Positions 1-13,079 of a DNA stretch of 64,000 nucleotides are shown piece by piece. Origin of the DNA: Octopus vulgaris (lineage: Eukaryota); NCBI GenBank assembly GCA_951406725.2, contig OX597814.1:115320001-115384000 (forward strand). Reading direction: 5' to 3'. The notes under the pieces were generated by a model, which had not been told where the DNA came from, did no database searches, and was given only the letters and a program-made list of their open reading frames with translations. Every line of letters starts with the position of its first letter. Position 1 is the stretch's first letter. The position numbers and the translations under genes are program-made.

Positions 1-17
1 GTGTTGTTAAATTCAGC

Positions 18-75
18 ATGTTTGCAGGACAGGAAGTAGTAGTAATTGTGGTCCTGGTTCTTCAGTTCCTGTGTT
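18..75 (+). CDS. possible signal-peptide exon of a plus-strand gene (MFAGQEVVVIVVLVLQFLC, phase 1)
   Basis: ttaaattcag|CATG context, a hydrophobic 19-codon run and a gtgagt donor at 76. No convincing next exon was found. Confidence 0.3.
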
Positions 76-479
76 GTGAGTAAGGGGAGACAATTCTTTT
101 GAGTTCTTCAATAAAACCCAAATTATAAAACTATCATTTTAGCTTCATTTGCATTATCTTTTTTATATAATTGCTTGTTAACTTAACTTTCAGATTTTAA
201 CACTTTATTTATATTATTTTCTAATAATATAAATCTGCATAGACAATTGCATTTCAAATTGTCATATCATTTATAATAAAAATGATAGTAATAACAACAA
301 TAGTAAAAATGATATTTAAAGAATATAAGTTTTAGCTTGAAGTGATGAATTCTTGACAAGTCATACAATGACGAAAACCGGTTGAATAAATATACATTTA
401 TATATTTTATCATTTTCTCATTTTATTAAAATTTTCTTTCATTTGAGCATTCTGCATTTTTTATAAAAAAATGTTTCCT

Positions 480-537
<58 letters not shown>

Positions 538-1984
538 ATTTAAGATAGGTTGGGTATATAATAATACCACTTATTAAAATCAGAGCCGTTGCTCCAAAAT
601 CCACCATAAAAATATGATAAAGATACACACGTGCAATGAACATTTCAGAAACAGGTTTACCTCTGCTTTGAATACATAGATAAGTAATACATATTTCAAT
701 ATCAATTGATTTCATGCTGTGTTGCGATCTTAAACAGTATTCAACGTCTATTTCTAAAATATTCACTACGCTACCTCGTGTGCGTTCTTTACTTTAAACG
801 TCCCGCTCCGTTTAAAAGAAACTATCGTAAGCAAGAAAAAATTTAATAAAGTCGTATTATTACCGTTATTTACAGTAATAATGTGTGTGTGTATATGCAT
901 TTTCGTCGGAAAGAGAACAGACGTATAAATAGTCCAACTAGAATAAAGTCTGTCGACATTGTTCTCTGTGGATGGTGGTGATGAATTTTCAACAAACTTT
1001 TAAATCCGTTCCATATCATAAGACAAGATTTCTTCGTGGATGCAATGCATAGTTTCTGTTTATGTATAACACGTAACTATGGTAGTATGCCTTGTGTGAT
1101 GTAGTATAATTCACTACGTTCTCTCGAGCTTCGAATCCAACTCCATGTTTTCTTCATCCTGACAACAAAAATTTTCAAAAAATTAATGATAAATCAACAA
1201 ACAAGGAATCTACTTGATTACTCGAATAGCTGAAAATAGCACCCAAATATCCTTCTCACACTCTATCATCTTTATAGAAAAAAAAACAGGGAAGAAATAC
1301 ATTTGATAATACAGATCTAGATACACTTGACTTAATAAACGGATGGTTATTTCGTTCGTGCATATAAAGATTAGATACATGTAGAATGTTATATAATTTT
1401 ATTTCAGAGCAATGGACATTAGTTGAGTCAGCAGGCCGTTCTTAAATTCTTTCGTCCTTGTTACTGCTATTTCTGCTCCTTAACGATGCATTCTGTAGTA
1501 TGAAAGAAAAAATTAATTCTCTGGACACTATTGTCTTTGAGTCTTAGCACTCAAAGGACCGGCTTCTCGGTTTCCATGAAGTATAAGTGACCGAGATTAC
1601 AACTTTCCTCTTTAATTGGTGGCCAATCCGTTGTAGAGTTACTCATTTACAAATGAGCAATTTGAAATGAAGTATTGTACTCAAGAACACAACGCACAAT
1701 ACATCCATCCATACTTGAATATTTGCTCTTTTTCTCTCTCTTTCTCCCTCCCTCTCTTTCACTTTCTCTCCTCCTCTCTTTCTCTCTCTCTCTCTTTCTC
1801 TGCTCGTGCAATGTTATCAACATAAATATTGGTTTTTACATAGACACAAACTCACAAATTCTGCGAAGATAGTTGTGAACCTCAATGTATGACTGGTATT
1901 TAATTTATCGATGAATGAGGAATAAAAAAAAAGCACAGTTCTATATTTAAGAGATGAGGAATTATGTACATCTATTTATATTAT

Positions 1985-2125
1985 TTGCAATTGACGGATA
2001 TTAGTCCTCCTCTTTTTTGTTGTTACCACAAAGTTTTGGCTGATATACCCTCCAGCCTTCATCAGGTGTCTTGGGGAAATATCGAACCTGGATTCTCATT
2101 CCTAAGGTATTTTTCGATATTATTA

Positions 2126-2166
<41 letters not shown>

Positions 2167-3221
2167 TAGTTTCATATTTATAGTGTGCTTTCACTTCACT
2201 ACCGAGCGCAGCTCTGTGTGCCTTGGGTATGTGCTGTGATTTGTTGTGATGCTCTGATGGTTACTGTATTGAAAGTGTTCTGCGTAGGATGTGTGCAGTG
2301 CCTAGTAGTGCAATTTTCTGTATGTTATATGTGTTTGTAAGTCCTGGTGTTTTTGTTACGTATTTGTCTAAATATTTTTTTATCATGCCTAATGTACCTA
2401 CTATGATAGGAATTGTTTCTGTTTTTAGATTCCACATTCGAGTTACCTCTATTTCCAGGTCTTTGTATTTCGAAAGTTTCTCCATTTCTTTTAGAGACAC
2501 GTTGTCATCTGCTGGTATTGATACATCAATTAGGAAGCATTTTTTCTCCATGATCTCTGACAACTATATCTGGTCTGTTGGCCTTAATTTCTCTATCTGT
2601 GTGTATTAGCATATCCCAGAGTATGGTTGCTTTCTCGTTTTCTGTGACCTTTTCTGGTGTGTGCCTATACCGTCTTTTTTCTGTTGTTATTCTATAATGT
2701 TGGCATAGCTTCCAATGTATGTAGGTTCCAACTCTGTCGTGTCTGTGAATATATTCCTTCTTAGCCAGGACTGGGCAGCCAGAGATAATATGATTTATTG
2801 TTTCTTGTCCATCTCCACATATTCTGCAGTTACTTGTTATATTTCTTTTCATTACATGTTTTTTGGTAATTTCTTGTGGGGAGGTTTTTGGTCTTGTGCA
2901 GCATTTAAAAATCCCTGTCTCTGCTTTGAGTCCTGAGCTTCTCAACCAATGCTGGGATTTTTCTTTGTCTAGTTCTTTTGCATTTAGTTTAGTCCAGTGT
3001 TTGCCATGAAGGGGCTTTTCTTGCCATCGTTTAATCATGGTTCGTTGCTGCTCTAGTTTTAGTTTGGATTTCATTTGTTTTATAGCTTTTGTTGTGTTTT
3101 CTTCTTCTTCTTCTTATTATTATTATTTGTTAGGTGGTATGATTTCTTGTTTGTATTTGTCAGCTTCCTTAAATACTTGTTTTTCTCGTGTTTTGACGCT
3201 ATTTGTATCAGTTTTCCTTGC

Positions 3222-3270
<49 letters not shown>

Positions 3271-3322
3271 TCACTGCCTCAGATCGAACTCGGAATCTTG
3301 TGGTTAGTAGCCTGCGGTCTTA
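1985..3322 (-). mobile_element. second copy of the hammerhead SINE, head-to-head with the 3324 copy and split by a Dong-like LINE in its (TAA)n
   Basis: 3266-3322 is the reverse complement of the tRNA head, and 1985-2120 is the reverse complement of the body. The hammerhead at 2025-2070 has GAAA changed to AAAA. Confidence 0.8.
2163..3225 (-). mobile_element. 5'-truncated R4/Dong-like RLE non-LTR retrotransposon (CCHC finger + PD..D endonuclease), frameshifted
   Basis: ORFs 2526..3074 (KPLHG, CRICG...HIISGC, RHD, RPDIVV) and 2261..2563 (KY.DL..E...IPIIVG.LG). Flanked by (TAA)n in the element's sense. Confidence 0.92.
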
Positions 3323-3323
3323 A

Positions 3324-3389
3324 CGTAGTGGTTAAAAACGCGGGCTACTAACCCCAAGATTCCGAGTTCGATTCCAGGCATTGACCTGA

Positions 3390-3450
<61 letters not shown>

Positions 3451-3592
3451 CATTGAAGAATACCTTAGGAATGAGAACCCAGGTTCGAACTTTCTCCAAG
3501 ACACCTGATGAAGGCTGGAGGGTATATCAGCCGAAACGTTGTGTTAATAACAAACAAGATGAGGACAAATATTCATCAAATGTAAATAATGT
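3324..3592 (+). mobile_element. tRNA-headed SINE with internal (TAA)n and 3' minimal hammerhead
   Basis: A-box TAGTGGTTAA, anticodon-like stem GGGCTACTAACCC, B-box GTTCGATTCC, then (TAA)n, then a body with the hammerhead at 3500-3545 and an AATGTAAAT tail. Confidence 0.8.
3500..3545 (+). ncRNA. minimal type I hammerhead ribozyme (predicted cleavage GUU after 3540)
   Basis: GACAC-CUGAUGA-A-GGCUG(loop)CAGCC-GAAA-CG-UU^GUGUU. Stem I is GACAC/GUGUU and stem III is the palindrome AACGUU, as in Penelope-type minimal hammerheads. Confidence 0.8.
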
Positions 3593-4249
3593 AAAAAAAA
3601 CAGTCGGCATTTGAGCTCTGAACTAAGTAAATACAACATAACATTTAATGTCCCGTTCTAACGATTTTGACAGTCCATTTCGCTTTGGAAAGATGGAAAA
3701 AATAGACGACATAATTATGAATGAAACTTATTTTATTGATCTCGGGATGAAAGATAAACATAATACCGGCAAGATTTTACCCCAGTCTTCGAAATGCAGT
3801 TAATGGTGACTTCAATAACGTTGTCTCAAGGGCATACATTTTATTGTGGAGGTGAAATCAATAAAACCGACCACAGTGTTTTACTGGTTTGGCAGGGGTC
3901 GAATATTGAAGGGTAGATGAAGGTAACTAAAATATAATACGGCTTCACTTTCCCCTTTACTAGTAGTATTCATGCATTATGCAAAACTACCAGAAATAAA
4001 ATAGAAAATAAATAGCTTTCTGATTCTTCCTTTTGGATGAAAAACGTAGATGACTGAAATTTTAACTGGTCCTTATTTAATCGACCTCAAAGTGAAGACA
4101 GACAAAGGTACTCTACAATCGGTGTGTGAACCGAAGTACGTAAAATGTTGTAAATTCTACAAAATATTGTCTGACATTCAACTAATTCTATTAATCACTG
4201 ACCCTTGCTTTTTATTTATTCCATCCATCCATTTGCTCCACTCACTATT

Positions 4250-4780
4250 CCTGGAAGAGTTGTTAGGGTAGTCGTCAGGCACCCTCTTCCATAAGGTTCT
4301 ATCAGAAACAAACGTCACTACACTTTTCAGCTGAAATCCCACGCGTGACCAACTGAATCTATGCATTTTGTCAAACCATCTCATTCTTGATCTGCCCCTA
4401 GGTCTCCTGCCAGTTGGCTCAACTTGAAGAATCTGTCTTTTGATTCTTCCCTGTGATATTCCAATTATATGTGCCTAGTACTTTACCTGTGACCCCAATA
4501 CGAAGTTGTGGCTCAACTTAGGGAGACTCCCTGATCTCCAAGCTACGCACCCTGTACAAGTAACGTTACTCAAGAAATCCTTCGGGCGATTCCCATTTCG
4601 ACCGCATATATTCACGATCGTACTCTTTCAGTCATTGTCCAACATGTGTAACGCTTCTTTTATGATTATTTATTCTTCAAATAGCCAAAACGTTTTCTCA
4701 CCTTTATTGTTGAAATGGCTCTACTCCGAAATTTCTTCCGTGCACTGGATGGCAAACAACAGCAAACTTTCTCACATACA
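4250..4780 (-). mobile_element. degenerate RTE-like LINE 3' fragment
   Basis: The minus-strand translation gives R.RGRSRMRWFD..., typical of the RTE C-terminus. Confidence 0.55.
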
Positions 4781-7111
4781 GGAACAACGTATTTTTGGTT
4801 AACTTCATGCGGTTTGTAGAAAACTAAAATAAAATATTGACGAACGTTTTGTTATGTGTCCTATGAATGCTGTATAAATAACTTAATAAAATTGGAATGA
4901 AGCGATTTAGTGATTCTATATAACTTATACTACAGCAAAGTATTTTAAAGTCTATAATGACTAGAAAATATCAATCTCAAATTATTTTCATAAAAATCTG
5001 AGTTTTATGGACCATTTTTCCTCCAGTCCTCAGCTTCACAATCAATTCGCAAAACGAATTATTATTCACTACGATATCTGCTTCTTGTGTTCATCTTTGA
5101 AATAGTCCATCTCTTTCTTACTTCTGGTATACATTAAAATAAACAAGCGTAATTTGTTCACACTTCGCAAAAGCATGGTGTACGCGCATTTGGAAGAGAG
5201 AAATCAATCTGAAGTGTCATCGCAGCAAGTGTAGGATTCGTTACAACTACAACCACCACAACATTGTGTTATTGCGGTCATCACTAAGATATTTCAAGAT
5301 AACTAACGCTGGCTTTTGAAGGTGTATTGCTAGGCAAGTGATGTAATCTGAGACCGTATCTTGAAACTGAAACGACCGCAGCATGGAAGATACATATTAG
5401 CCATTCAAAAGTACATAATGTCATTAATTTAAACGTTAATGATTTGTAGGCATGGGGTATTTCATTATGCAACCATGGTATACTATAAGGTACATTAAAT
5501 GTTTTTTTATAAGTCAACACCACGTCCTACTGCGTTAGAAGTGCTCTTTACATTAGTTTGTTCAGGTTTTTTTCCACAGAAATTATAGCCAGCGCCGACT
5601 TTTTGCTACAACGTTTCGTATCGAGACGTCAGATGTAAACAATGAAAATTGAGGCAAAAATGGGTAACGAGTGTATATGCCATATTTCGGGGGTGGGGGC
5701 TTTTAACACTGCTGTATGCAGTGACTATATTATTTCTTTACTGCCCACAAAGGGCTACAAACAGAGGGTCAAACAAGGACAGAGAAATGGATTAAGTCGA
5801 TTATATCGACCCCAGTGCGTAACTGGTACTTATTTAATCGACCCCGAAAGGATGAAAGGTAAAGTCAACCTCGGCGGAATTTGAACTCGGGACGTAACAG
5901 CAGACGAAATACTGCTAAGCATTTCGCCCGGCGTGCTAACGGTTGGGTGGGGGCACAAACACAGACACACACAAACATATACACACACGCACATACATAT
6001 ATACGACGGGCTTCTTTCAGTTTCCGTCTACCAAATCCACTCACAAGGCTTTGGCCGGCCCGAGGTTATTGTAGAAGACACTTGCCCAAGGGACTGAATC
6101 CGGAACCATGTGGTTGGAAAGCAAGCTACATACCACGCAGCCACTCCTGTGCTCACTCATTTTGTCTTCGATCTCATTGTTTGTTTACATCTGACGTCTC
6201 GATACGAAATTTTGTAACAAAAAGAAAAAAAATCAGTGTTAGCTATAATAACGTAATACTGCTATATCCAGTGGCTATATAAACAATATGTTCGGAGACA
6301 AGAGTGGGTAGATGGGTGCTGATGAAAAGGCAAAAATCCCCGAAATGTGGCAAATATATTCATAACCCATTTTTGTCTTCGGTCTCATTGTCTTCGGTCC
6401 CGATACGAAACCTGAACAAAATTAATGTAAAGAGTATTGCTAACGCAGTAGGACGTGGTGTTGACTTATAAAAACATTTAATATACTTTATAAGATATTA
6501 TGGGCTGCATAACGAAATACCACGTGCCTACAAGTAATTAATGTTTACATACCGGCCACAGGAATGTGTTTAACATGTAAATTGTTATATCCAATAACTT
6601 AATACCGCTGTATGCGGTGGCTATGTAAGCAATGTGTTCGGAGGCGAGTGCTGGCTATAATTTCTGCAGAAATAACCTTAACAAAACAGCTGACTTGAAC
6701 ATGTATCATTTGTTATATGGCGTCAAAAGTTCCGTCGCACGAACTGCGACCAGGTCACTGCAACCAGCACAGTATGTAGAAACGTTGAATCATTACAATG
6801 TTTTATAGTTATTCATTTATTCTGTTAATTGTTTCAGCCACCTGACTGCGGCCATGCTGGAGCACTTCCTTGAGAGGTTTTAGTCGAACAAATCGACCCC
6901 AGGACATATTGCTTATTCTATCGTACTTATTCTATCGGTCTGATTTACCGAACCGCTAAGTTACAGGGACGTAAACACACCAACACCGGTTGATAAGCGG
7001 TGATGGGGGAACAAACGCAAACACAAAGACATACACATAGGTATATACATACACACATACATACATACATTCATACATATATATACATGTATATAAATAT
7101 ATGTATGTATG

Positions 7112-7157
<46 letters not shown>

Positions 7158-7728
7158 TATATGGGTACAGGACGTCACCAACGGTTCAAACATGAAATAC
7201 GTAGACAAACGGGTTAAATACATAAACAACGAGAAAAAATGGAAAACAGGACAAGTAAACATAGAGAAAGGACCCTTCATCAGTTGTCGGTTGTCTATCT
7301 TCTCTTCATTTGGAGCATTCAACGACAATATGAGTCATCAAAGACAGTTGCTCCCATAAATTCTAAAATAAAATTTAGGATTTATGGAAGGTCTAAGTTG
7401 GGAACAAAAAAAATAGACAGATAGATATACGTGAGTCATCTAAGAGATCATAAGTCAAGGAAAAGATGCAATCGTATATCTGTCGGTATAGTAGGTATAT
7501 TATCCGAAAATATAGTTTTAAGTATCCATCATGGCTAATCTTACCAACCGGTTTCGCGTAAAGAATACAATGGAGTGTTAGGTAACAGTCCGATTATATA
7601 ACTTTACGCTCATCAGTGTTAGCCGATATGTGACCGCTCTCTGTTCAGAGAAACATGAAACCGATTGGTAAGATCAGCCGTAATTGATACTTAATACTAT
7701 ACATTTCGGATAATATATATATATATAT

Positions 7729-7829
<101 letters not shown>

Positions 7830-8174
7830 GGCGCGTGGCTTAGTGGTTAGAGCGTCGAGCTTACGATCGTGAGGTTGTGAGCCCGAATCCCGGACCGGGC
7901 TGCGTGTTGTGTTCTTAAGCAAGACACTTTATTTCACGTTGCCCCAGTTCACTCAGCTGTAGAAATGAGTTGCGACGTCACAGGTGCCAAGCTGTATCGG
8001 CCCTTACCTTTCCCTTGGACAACATCGGGGACTTGGAGAGGGGAGGTCGGTATGCATGGGCGACTGCTGGTCTTCCATAAAAAAAACAACCTTGCCCAGA
8101 CTTGTGCCTCAGAGGGTAACTCTCTAGGTGCAAACCCATGGTCAGTGTCTGACCGAAGGGGGTCACCATCACCA

Positions 8175-8230
<56 letters not shown>

Positions 8231-8473
8231 TCATTTATTATTTATTTATTTATTAATTTATTTATTTCATCATGGTGAAATCCTTACACATCTTTTCTCA
8301 CTCGATTTTTTTCATTCTCTCGCGGATTTCCCCCCCTTCTTAATCCCTTCTGTCGAAGAGCGTAGGTTTGAAACGTCAAAAACTTTTCCATTCTTCCCGA
8401 GGGTTAAACTAATACACATGTTTGATGTTTCTTCACCTGTCTTCGTCTTTTGTTTTCTGTAAACTTGAATTAT

Positions 8474-8555
<82 letters not shown>

Positions 8556-8724
8556 ATGCGACTGGCTTCTTTCGGTTTCCGTCTAACAAATCTACTGACA
8601 AGGCTTTGGTCGGCCGGATGCTATAGTAGAAGACATTTGCCTGAAGTGCCGCGTTGTCGGACTGAACCCGGTATCATGTGGTTGAGAAGCAAGCTTCTTG
8701 CCACACAGCCATGCCTGCACCTAT

Positions 8725-10890
8725 TTCACTAAATTCTGTGTCCTACTTTCGTGTTAGTTTTTTAAGGTTTGTTGAGGAAAGATTTCTTTCTTTATGTGCC
8801 ATGTCCAGAATATAGGACATAAGCGATCATGTCCTGCTACAAATTCTCCGTTCTTTGTTTTCTGAAACAGTCCCACTTCCTGATGTTTAATACCTCTTTC
8901 TTCCAACAACTTCCAACCACTTCGTCAAGTTGCACATCCACAACATCCTTCTACTTCCTCTTCTCCTTTTCTCTTCAATCTTTCCGCTCATCGCTAAATT
9001 CTACGGCCCTCTTTCTTCATCACATCCTACGAAACAGCTTTCTATTTTCCACAGCCCAATTCATCACTTGATTAGGCGCTTTGTCTGTCCGTGCTCTCCT
9101 CTATATTCTCCTTAAGAACCACATTTCACAGCTCTTCAAGCAACTTCTCACTTCTGATTTTATAGATCATGCATCACTTCCATACATTAACACAGGGTAG
9201 ACATAGCAGTTTAATACATGGATCGTGGTCTTGATGCTCAAAGTACGGTTTCCCAAGAGTTTATACAATTTTATCAATGCTGATTTTGCCAGTACTGTTT
9301 GCCTTTTGATTTCCTTTACACATCTTATGTCTTGTGTGTTCAAAGTTCCAAAATAGTTGAAGGATGATATTTGCTTAATGATTTGGCTGTTCACTTTCAG
9401 TGTGCACTTTGGGATTCCCTTCTTTGTTACTACCATACACTCTGTCTTCTTGAAATTTATGAATAGATGCTTCTTCCCATTTTCTCTGAAGTTCCTTTTT
9501 CGATTCGACAAGTAAGACTGTATCATCTGCATATCTTATGTTTGTGATGTTTCTGCCTCCGACAATAAGACCTAACGACGGATTTACTCAGATCTGGAAA
9601 TTTCTCGTCATCATAGATCTTGTTTATTACATCAATCAATTTTCTAATTCCATATTCCTCCAGTGCTTTTACCATTTCAAGGACAATTCCATCTAGTCCA
9701 TCAACTTTGTTTTTTCTCATTTTGATTGCTATCTATACTTCAGATGGCAGGATCTTTATGCTCTCGTTAGAGTCGGGAAAACTAGGCAAGGTTGCTCTCG
9801 CATTAGTAAATAAATCTCCTGTATATTCTCTCCATCTATTCAAAATGTCAATCTTCCTAGCCAGCATGGTACCGTACTTTGCTCTGATATATCCGGAGTT
9901 TGAGTCTTCTGACTTTGTATCCGAGATCTCATTTATCTTCCGATGTACTTTGTATTTTACCGGAAACAGCCTTTCAATTACTTCACTGTTCATTCAACAA
10001 TGTCTCTTTAGCCTCCCTACACTTCTGTTTAATCAGTTTATCCAGTTCCTTATATTCTTTGGATTTTCCGATTTTCTGTCTCTTACTTATCATTGAAAGG
10101 ATCTCCTCAGTCATCCATTTCTTTTTTTTTTTTGTTTTCTTTTTCTTTGGCAGAATTTCCTAGGCTGTTCCTACTAAAGTGTTACTCATTACTTCTCAGG
10201 TAATTTCCCTGCCATTATCAATCAACTGATTAAATCTGTTCTCTACATTGATGGAATACTCCAGCTACACCTCTGGTCTATTCAGCCGCTCAAAATCCAG
10301 TTTCTTTGTAGTTCTTGTTCTCTTCAACTTCTCTAATTTACATTGGTGTGTGCATCCCATTGGTACACAGTCTCTCCCACGGTCTGCTCTTGAGTATGTT
10401 TCTGCATCTTTCATTGTTCTTTTAACTGCCATTGATGGAGATATAATCAGTCTAGTGTCTCAAGTTGTCACCAGGGTCCCTCCAAGGGTAACATTCTTCT
10501 AGGATGCTCCTTAAACCATTTGTTCGTAATAATCATATGCTTTGCCTCACACCACCGTATTCACCTTCCACTTTGCTTATCTTTCTCTCTAATTCCATAC
10601 TGACCAACTGTTTTGCCATTCTGTCCACGACCCACCTTTACTTTCAGATCTCCCCTGATGATATCAATTTCATCTGACTTGAACTGAGGTTTGGCTTCGT
10701 CCAATGTCTCTCTTCTTCTGTACTTTCTGCTGTGGCTGCGTAAACAACTTTGATGGAAATGTTAAATGGATGTCCATGCAGTTTGGCCAGTAGGACTGCT
10801 CAGTAGCCAAGGACATATTTTGCTATATCAGGATCTAACAGTGGTCCTACGCCTTTTCCATGTTCGTTACTGGTTGCATAGATTTCTTGT
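8725..10890 (-). mobile_element. degenerate RTE-clade LINE (APE + RT)
   Basis: ORFs 9167..9532 (IN.KKT.CM, F.Y.G...EIKR..LAKSA, YVYPVLMYGS), 9523..9720 (KNK.DGLDGI..EM) and 9733..9993 (ILNRWREY). APE-like remnants lie at about 10450-10880. Confidence 0.85.
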
Positions 10891-11274
10891 TAGGTTTTGA
10901 GAAAGGGACGGTACTCATGAACTTTGCAGATCCAATGTAACCGTCGAGATTGATACTGTCAAAGTACCATTTAACCTGTTGCAAGTTGACACGTGCAGAA
11001 AAGACATGAACAGGAAGGAGATCCTGCAGGATAGTAAAAGAATAAAAGAATAAAAGAATAGTTACAAGGCAAAAATATCAGTTGAAGGAAGGAGGCAGTC
11101 GCTTACTCTGACTGCAGCGCTTGTCTGGGACTGTATTTTTACGATACCCGAAAGTTGGAAAGGATTTGAACTCAAAATAATCAAAGTCAAAAGAGGACCC
11201 TAGCGGTTCTCAAACATATTTTGTCCTACGGAACCCTTTGATACGTGTTTTACCCTCGTAGCCATTCGATGTTT

Positions 11275-11675
11275 AGGAGTGGCTGTGTGTTAAGTAGCTT
11301 GCTTAGCAACCACATGGTTCTAGGTTCAGTCCCACTGCGTGGCACCTTGGGCAAGTGTCTTCTTCTATAGCTTCGGGCCGACCAAAGCCTTGTGAGTGGA
11401 CTTGGTAGACGGAAACTGAAAGAAGCCTGTGGTATATATGTATATATGTGTGTATGTGTTTGTGTGTGTATGTGTTTGTTCCCCCCACCATCGCTTTACA
11501 ACCGATTTTGGTGTGTTTACGTCCCCGTAACTTAGCGTTTCGGCAAAATACACCGATAGAATAAGTACCAGGCTTACAAAGAATAAGTCCTGGGGTCGAT
11601 TTGTTGGACTAAAAAAATGGTAGTACTCCAGCATGGCCGCAGTCAAATGACTGAAACATATAAAAGAATAAAAAG
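11275..11675 (+). mobile_element. tRNA-derived SINE family A (AGGAGTGGCTGTGTGGTAAG...GAAACAAGTAAAAGAG); representative copy
   Basis: Near-full copies at about 24499-24905(+), 25280-25697(-), 43053-43450(+), 46455-46878(-), 50226-50630(+) and 60760-61165(-). Partial copies near 5945, 6830, 8555, 17040, 34578, 37690, 47305, 48045 and 48677. Confidence 0.9.
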
Positions 11676-11913
11676 GATATAATTATATTTAAATATTATA
11701 AACAGTTATATAAAATTTTTTTTTAATATTGTGTGTATTACAGAAGTATAACCTATTTATTGGCACATAAATTTTAACAACAAAATCTTATATGGACTCC
11801 TACAGAAGCTATGGACCCCGGTTGAGAGCCACTGCTCTCTCGCAATTTAACAAATTCCCATGACACATGTATACAAGTGTTTCAAGAATAAGAAAATAGA
11901 AATATAATCTTAC

Positions 11914-12008
11914 TTAGACTGACGATGGTGCCAACCACAAACACGATCAGAATTGCAATAGGAGCATTCATAGTATAAGATAAAGAATACAACTTCTGTA
12001 TACCGCGG
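11914..12008 (-). CDS. SLC5 exon (95 nt, RGIQKLYSLSYTMNAPIAILIVFVVGTIVSL), last transmembrane helix
   Basis: LYSLSY...VGxxVS motif. tttcag acceptor and a candidate gtaaga donor. If unspliced, the frame stops at 11882 (..VSLSKIIFLFSYS*). Confidence 0.9.
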
Positions 12009-12368
12009 CTGAAATAGAAAACAGACAGAAAAACTTAGCGACAATCACTTTAACATCTTTTCAATCACGTTAGTTTGTTATATACATATATATATATTAG
12101 AAATATGTTTCAAAAAGAAAATAGAAAATAGGGACTATACGTGGAAAAGATATGGAGAAAGTAAGATGAAAAACAAAGCGAAAATGCACATTGGATATCA
12201 AAAAAATAAAGCCCTTTTTATGAAACGTAGCGATAGATATATGCAATTAGATGAACTGAGGTAGAATTAAGAGGAATAAAATTCATTATTTTAAATAGTT
12301 AAAGTGATTCAAAGTCATACCGGTATCGTCAAACGCTGTTCACTGGCTTTGAATGAGCACCGATTTCC

Positions 12369-12399
<31 letters not shown>

Positions 12400-12490
12400 C
12401 TGAATAGACTCCGAATAGACTATTAAACGGACTCCTGCTATAATCAACAACAGCAAAACTAACAACATCAGAAACGTCAGGTTTACTTAC

Positions 12491-12693
12491 ATCGAATATT
12501 TTGTTGTGTTTGTAACCATTTCAGCTGTTGTAAAATTGTGTGACGTAAAATGTATCGATATGTTAGTGATAGGACATTGATCAGTTGGTGCTGGAGGTAG
12601 GTAAGGTGTTGGAGGGAGTGTACTTGAAAATATCGATCCAAACGCAACCCACAGTGTAATGACTATGGCACAGAGCGTGCCGGCCAGCGCCCC
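12491..12693 (-). CDS. SLC5 exon (203 nt, GALAGTLCAIVITLWVAFGSIFSSTLPPTPYLPPAPTDQCPITNIS...TNTTKYS)
   Basis: GAxxG...W...G TM followed by a Pro/Cys loop with N-x-S/T sites. tttccag acceptor and gtaagt donor. Confidence 0.93.
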
Positions 12694-13079
12694 CTGGAAA
12701 TAATAAGAATGTATTTCAGTGACACAAAGAGAAAAAAATTATAGTGAAAGAATATAGTCAACTGGATAGACTGCGAGTATAACTAAGAGTCACGCTCGGA
12801 GTAGAGTTAATTAAAAATAATCCCAGAATAATCTCTCGAGTAAACTTCGAGTTTTGTCAACTTAACCGTCTTTGTATGCAATCATTTGAAAAGACATTCA
12901 GTAGGGTTAAATTTGGAGTATCATCCATTGAACAAACTCTTAGGATAATCGATTAAATTGACTCCTAGTATAATCTGTTAATTATGTGTAATAAAACGAA
13001 TAGACTCACAAAATGGTCAAATAAATAAACTCAGTGTACTCAACTTTATAGACTACCAGTATAACAAATTTAAATCTCT

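Noticed and set aside
3324-3385. tRNA genes (also ~7828-7900 and ~21040-21115)
   Set aside because: A and B boxes are present but the acceptor stem is incomplete, and each continues into a repeated SINE body.
11201-11834. hAT-like MITE (AGCGGTTCTCAA...TTGAGAGCCACTG) around a SINE; similar end at ~16788
   Set aside because: The termini are suggestive but no 8-bp TSD was found, so it is not listed as a supported feature.
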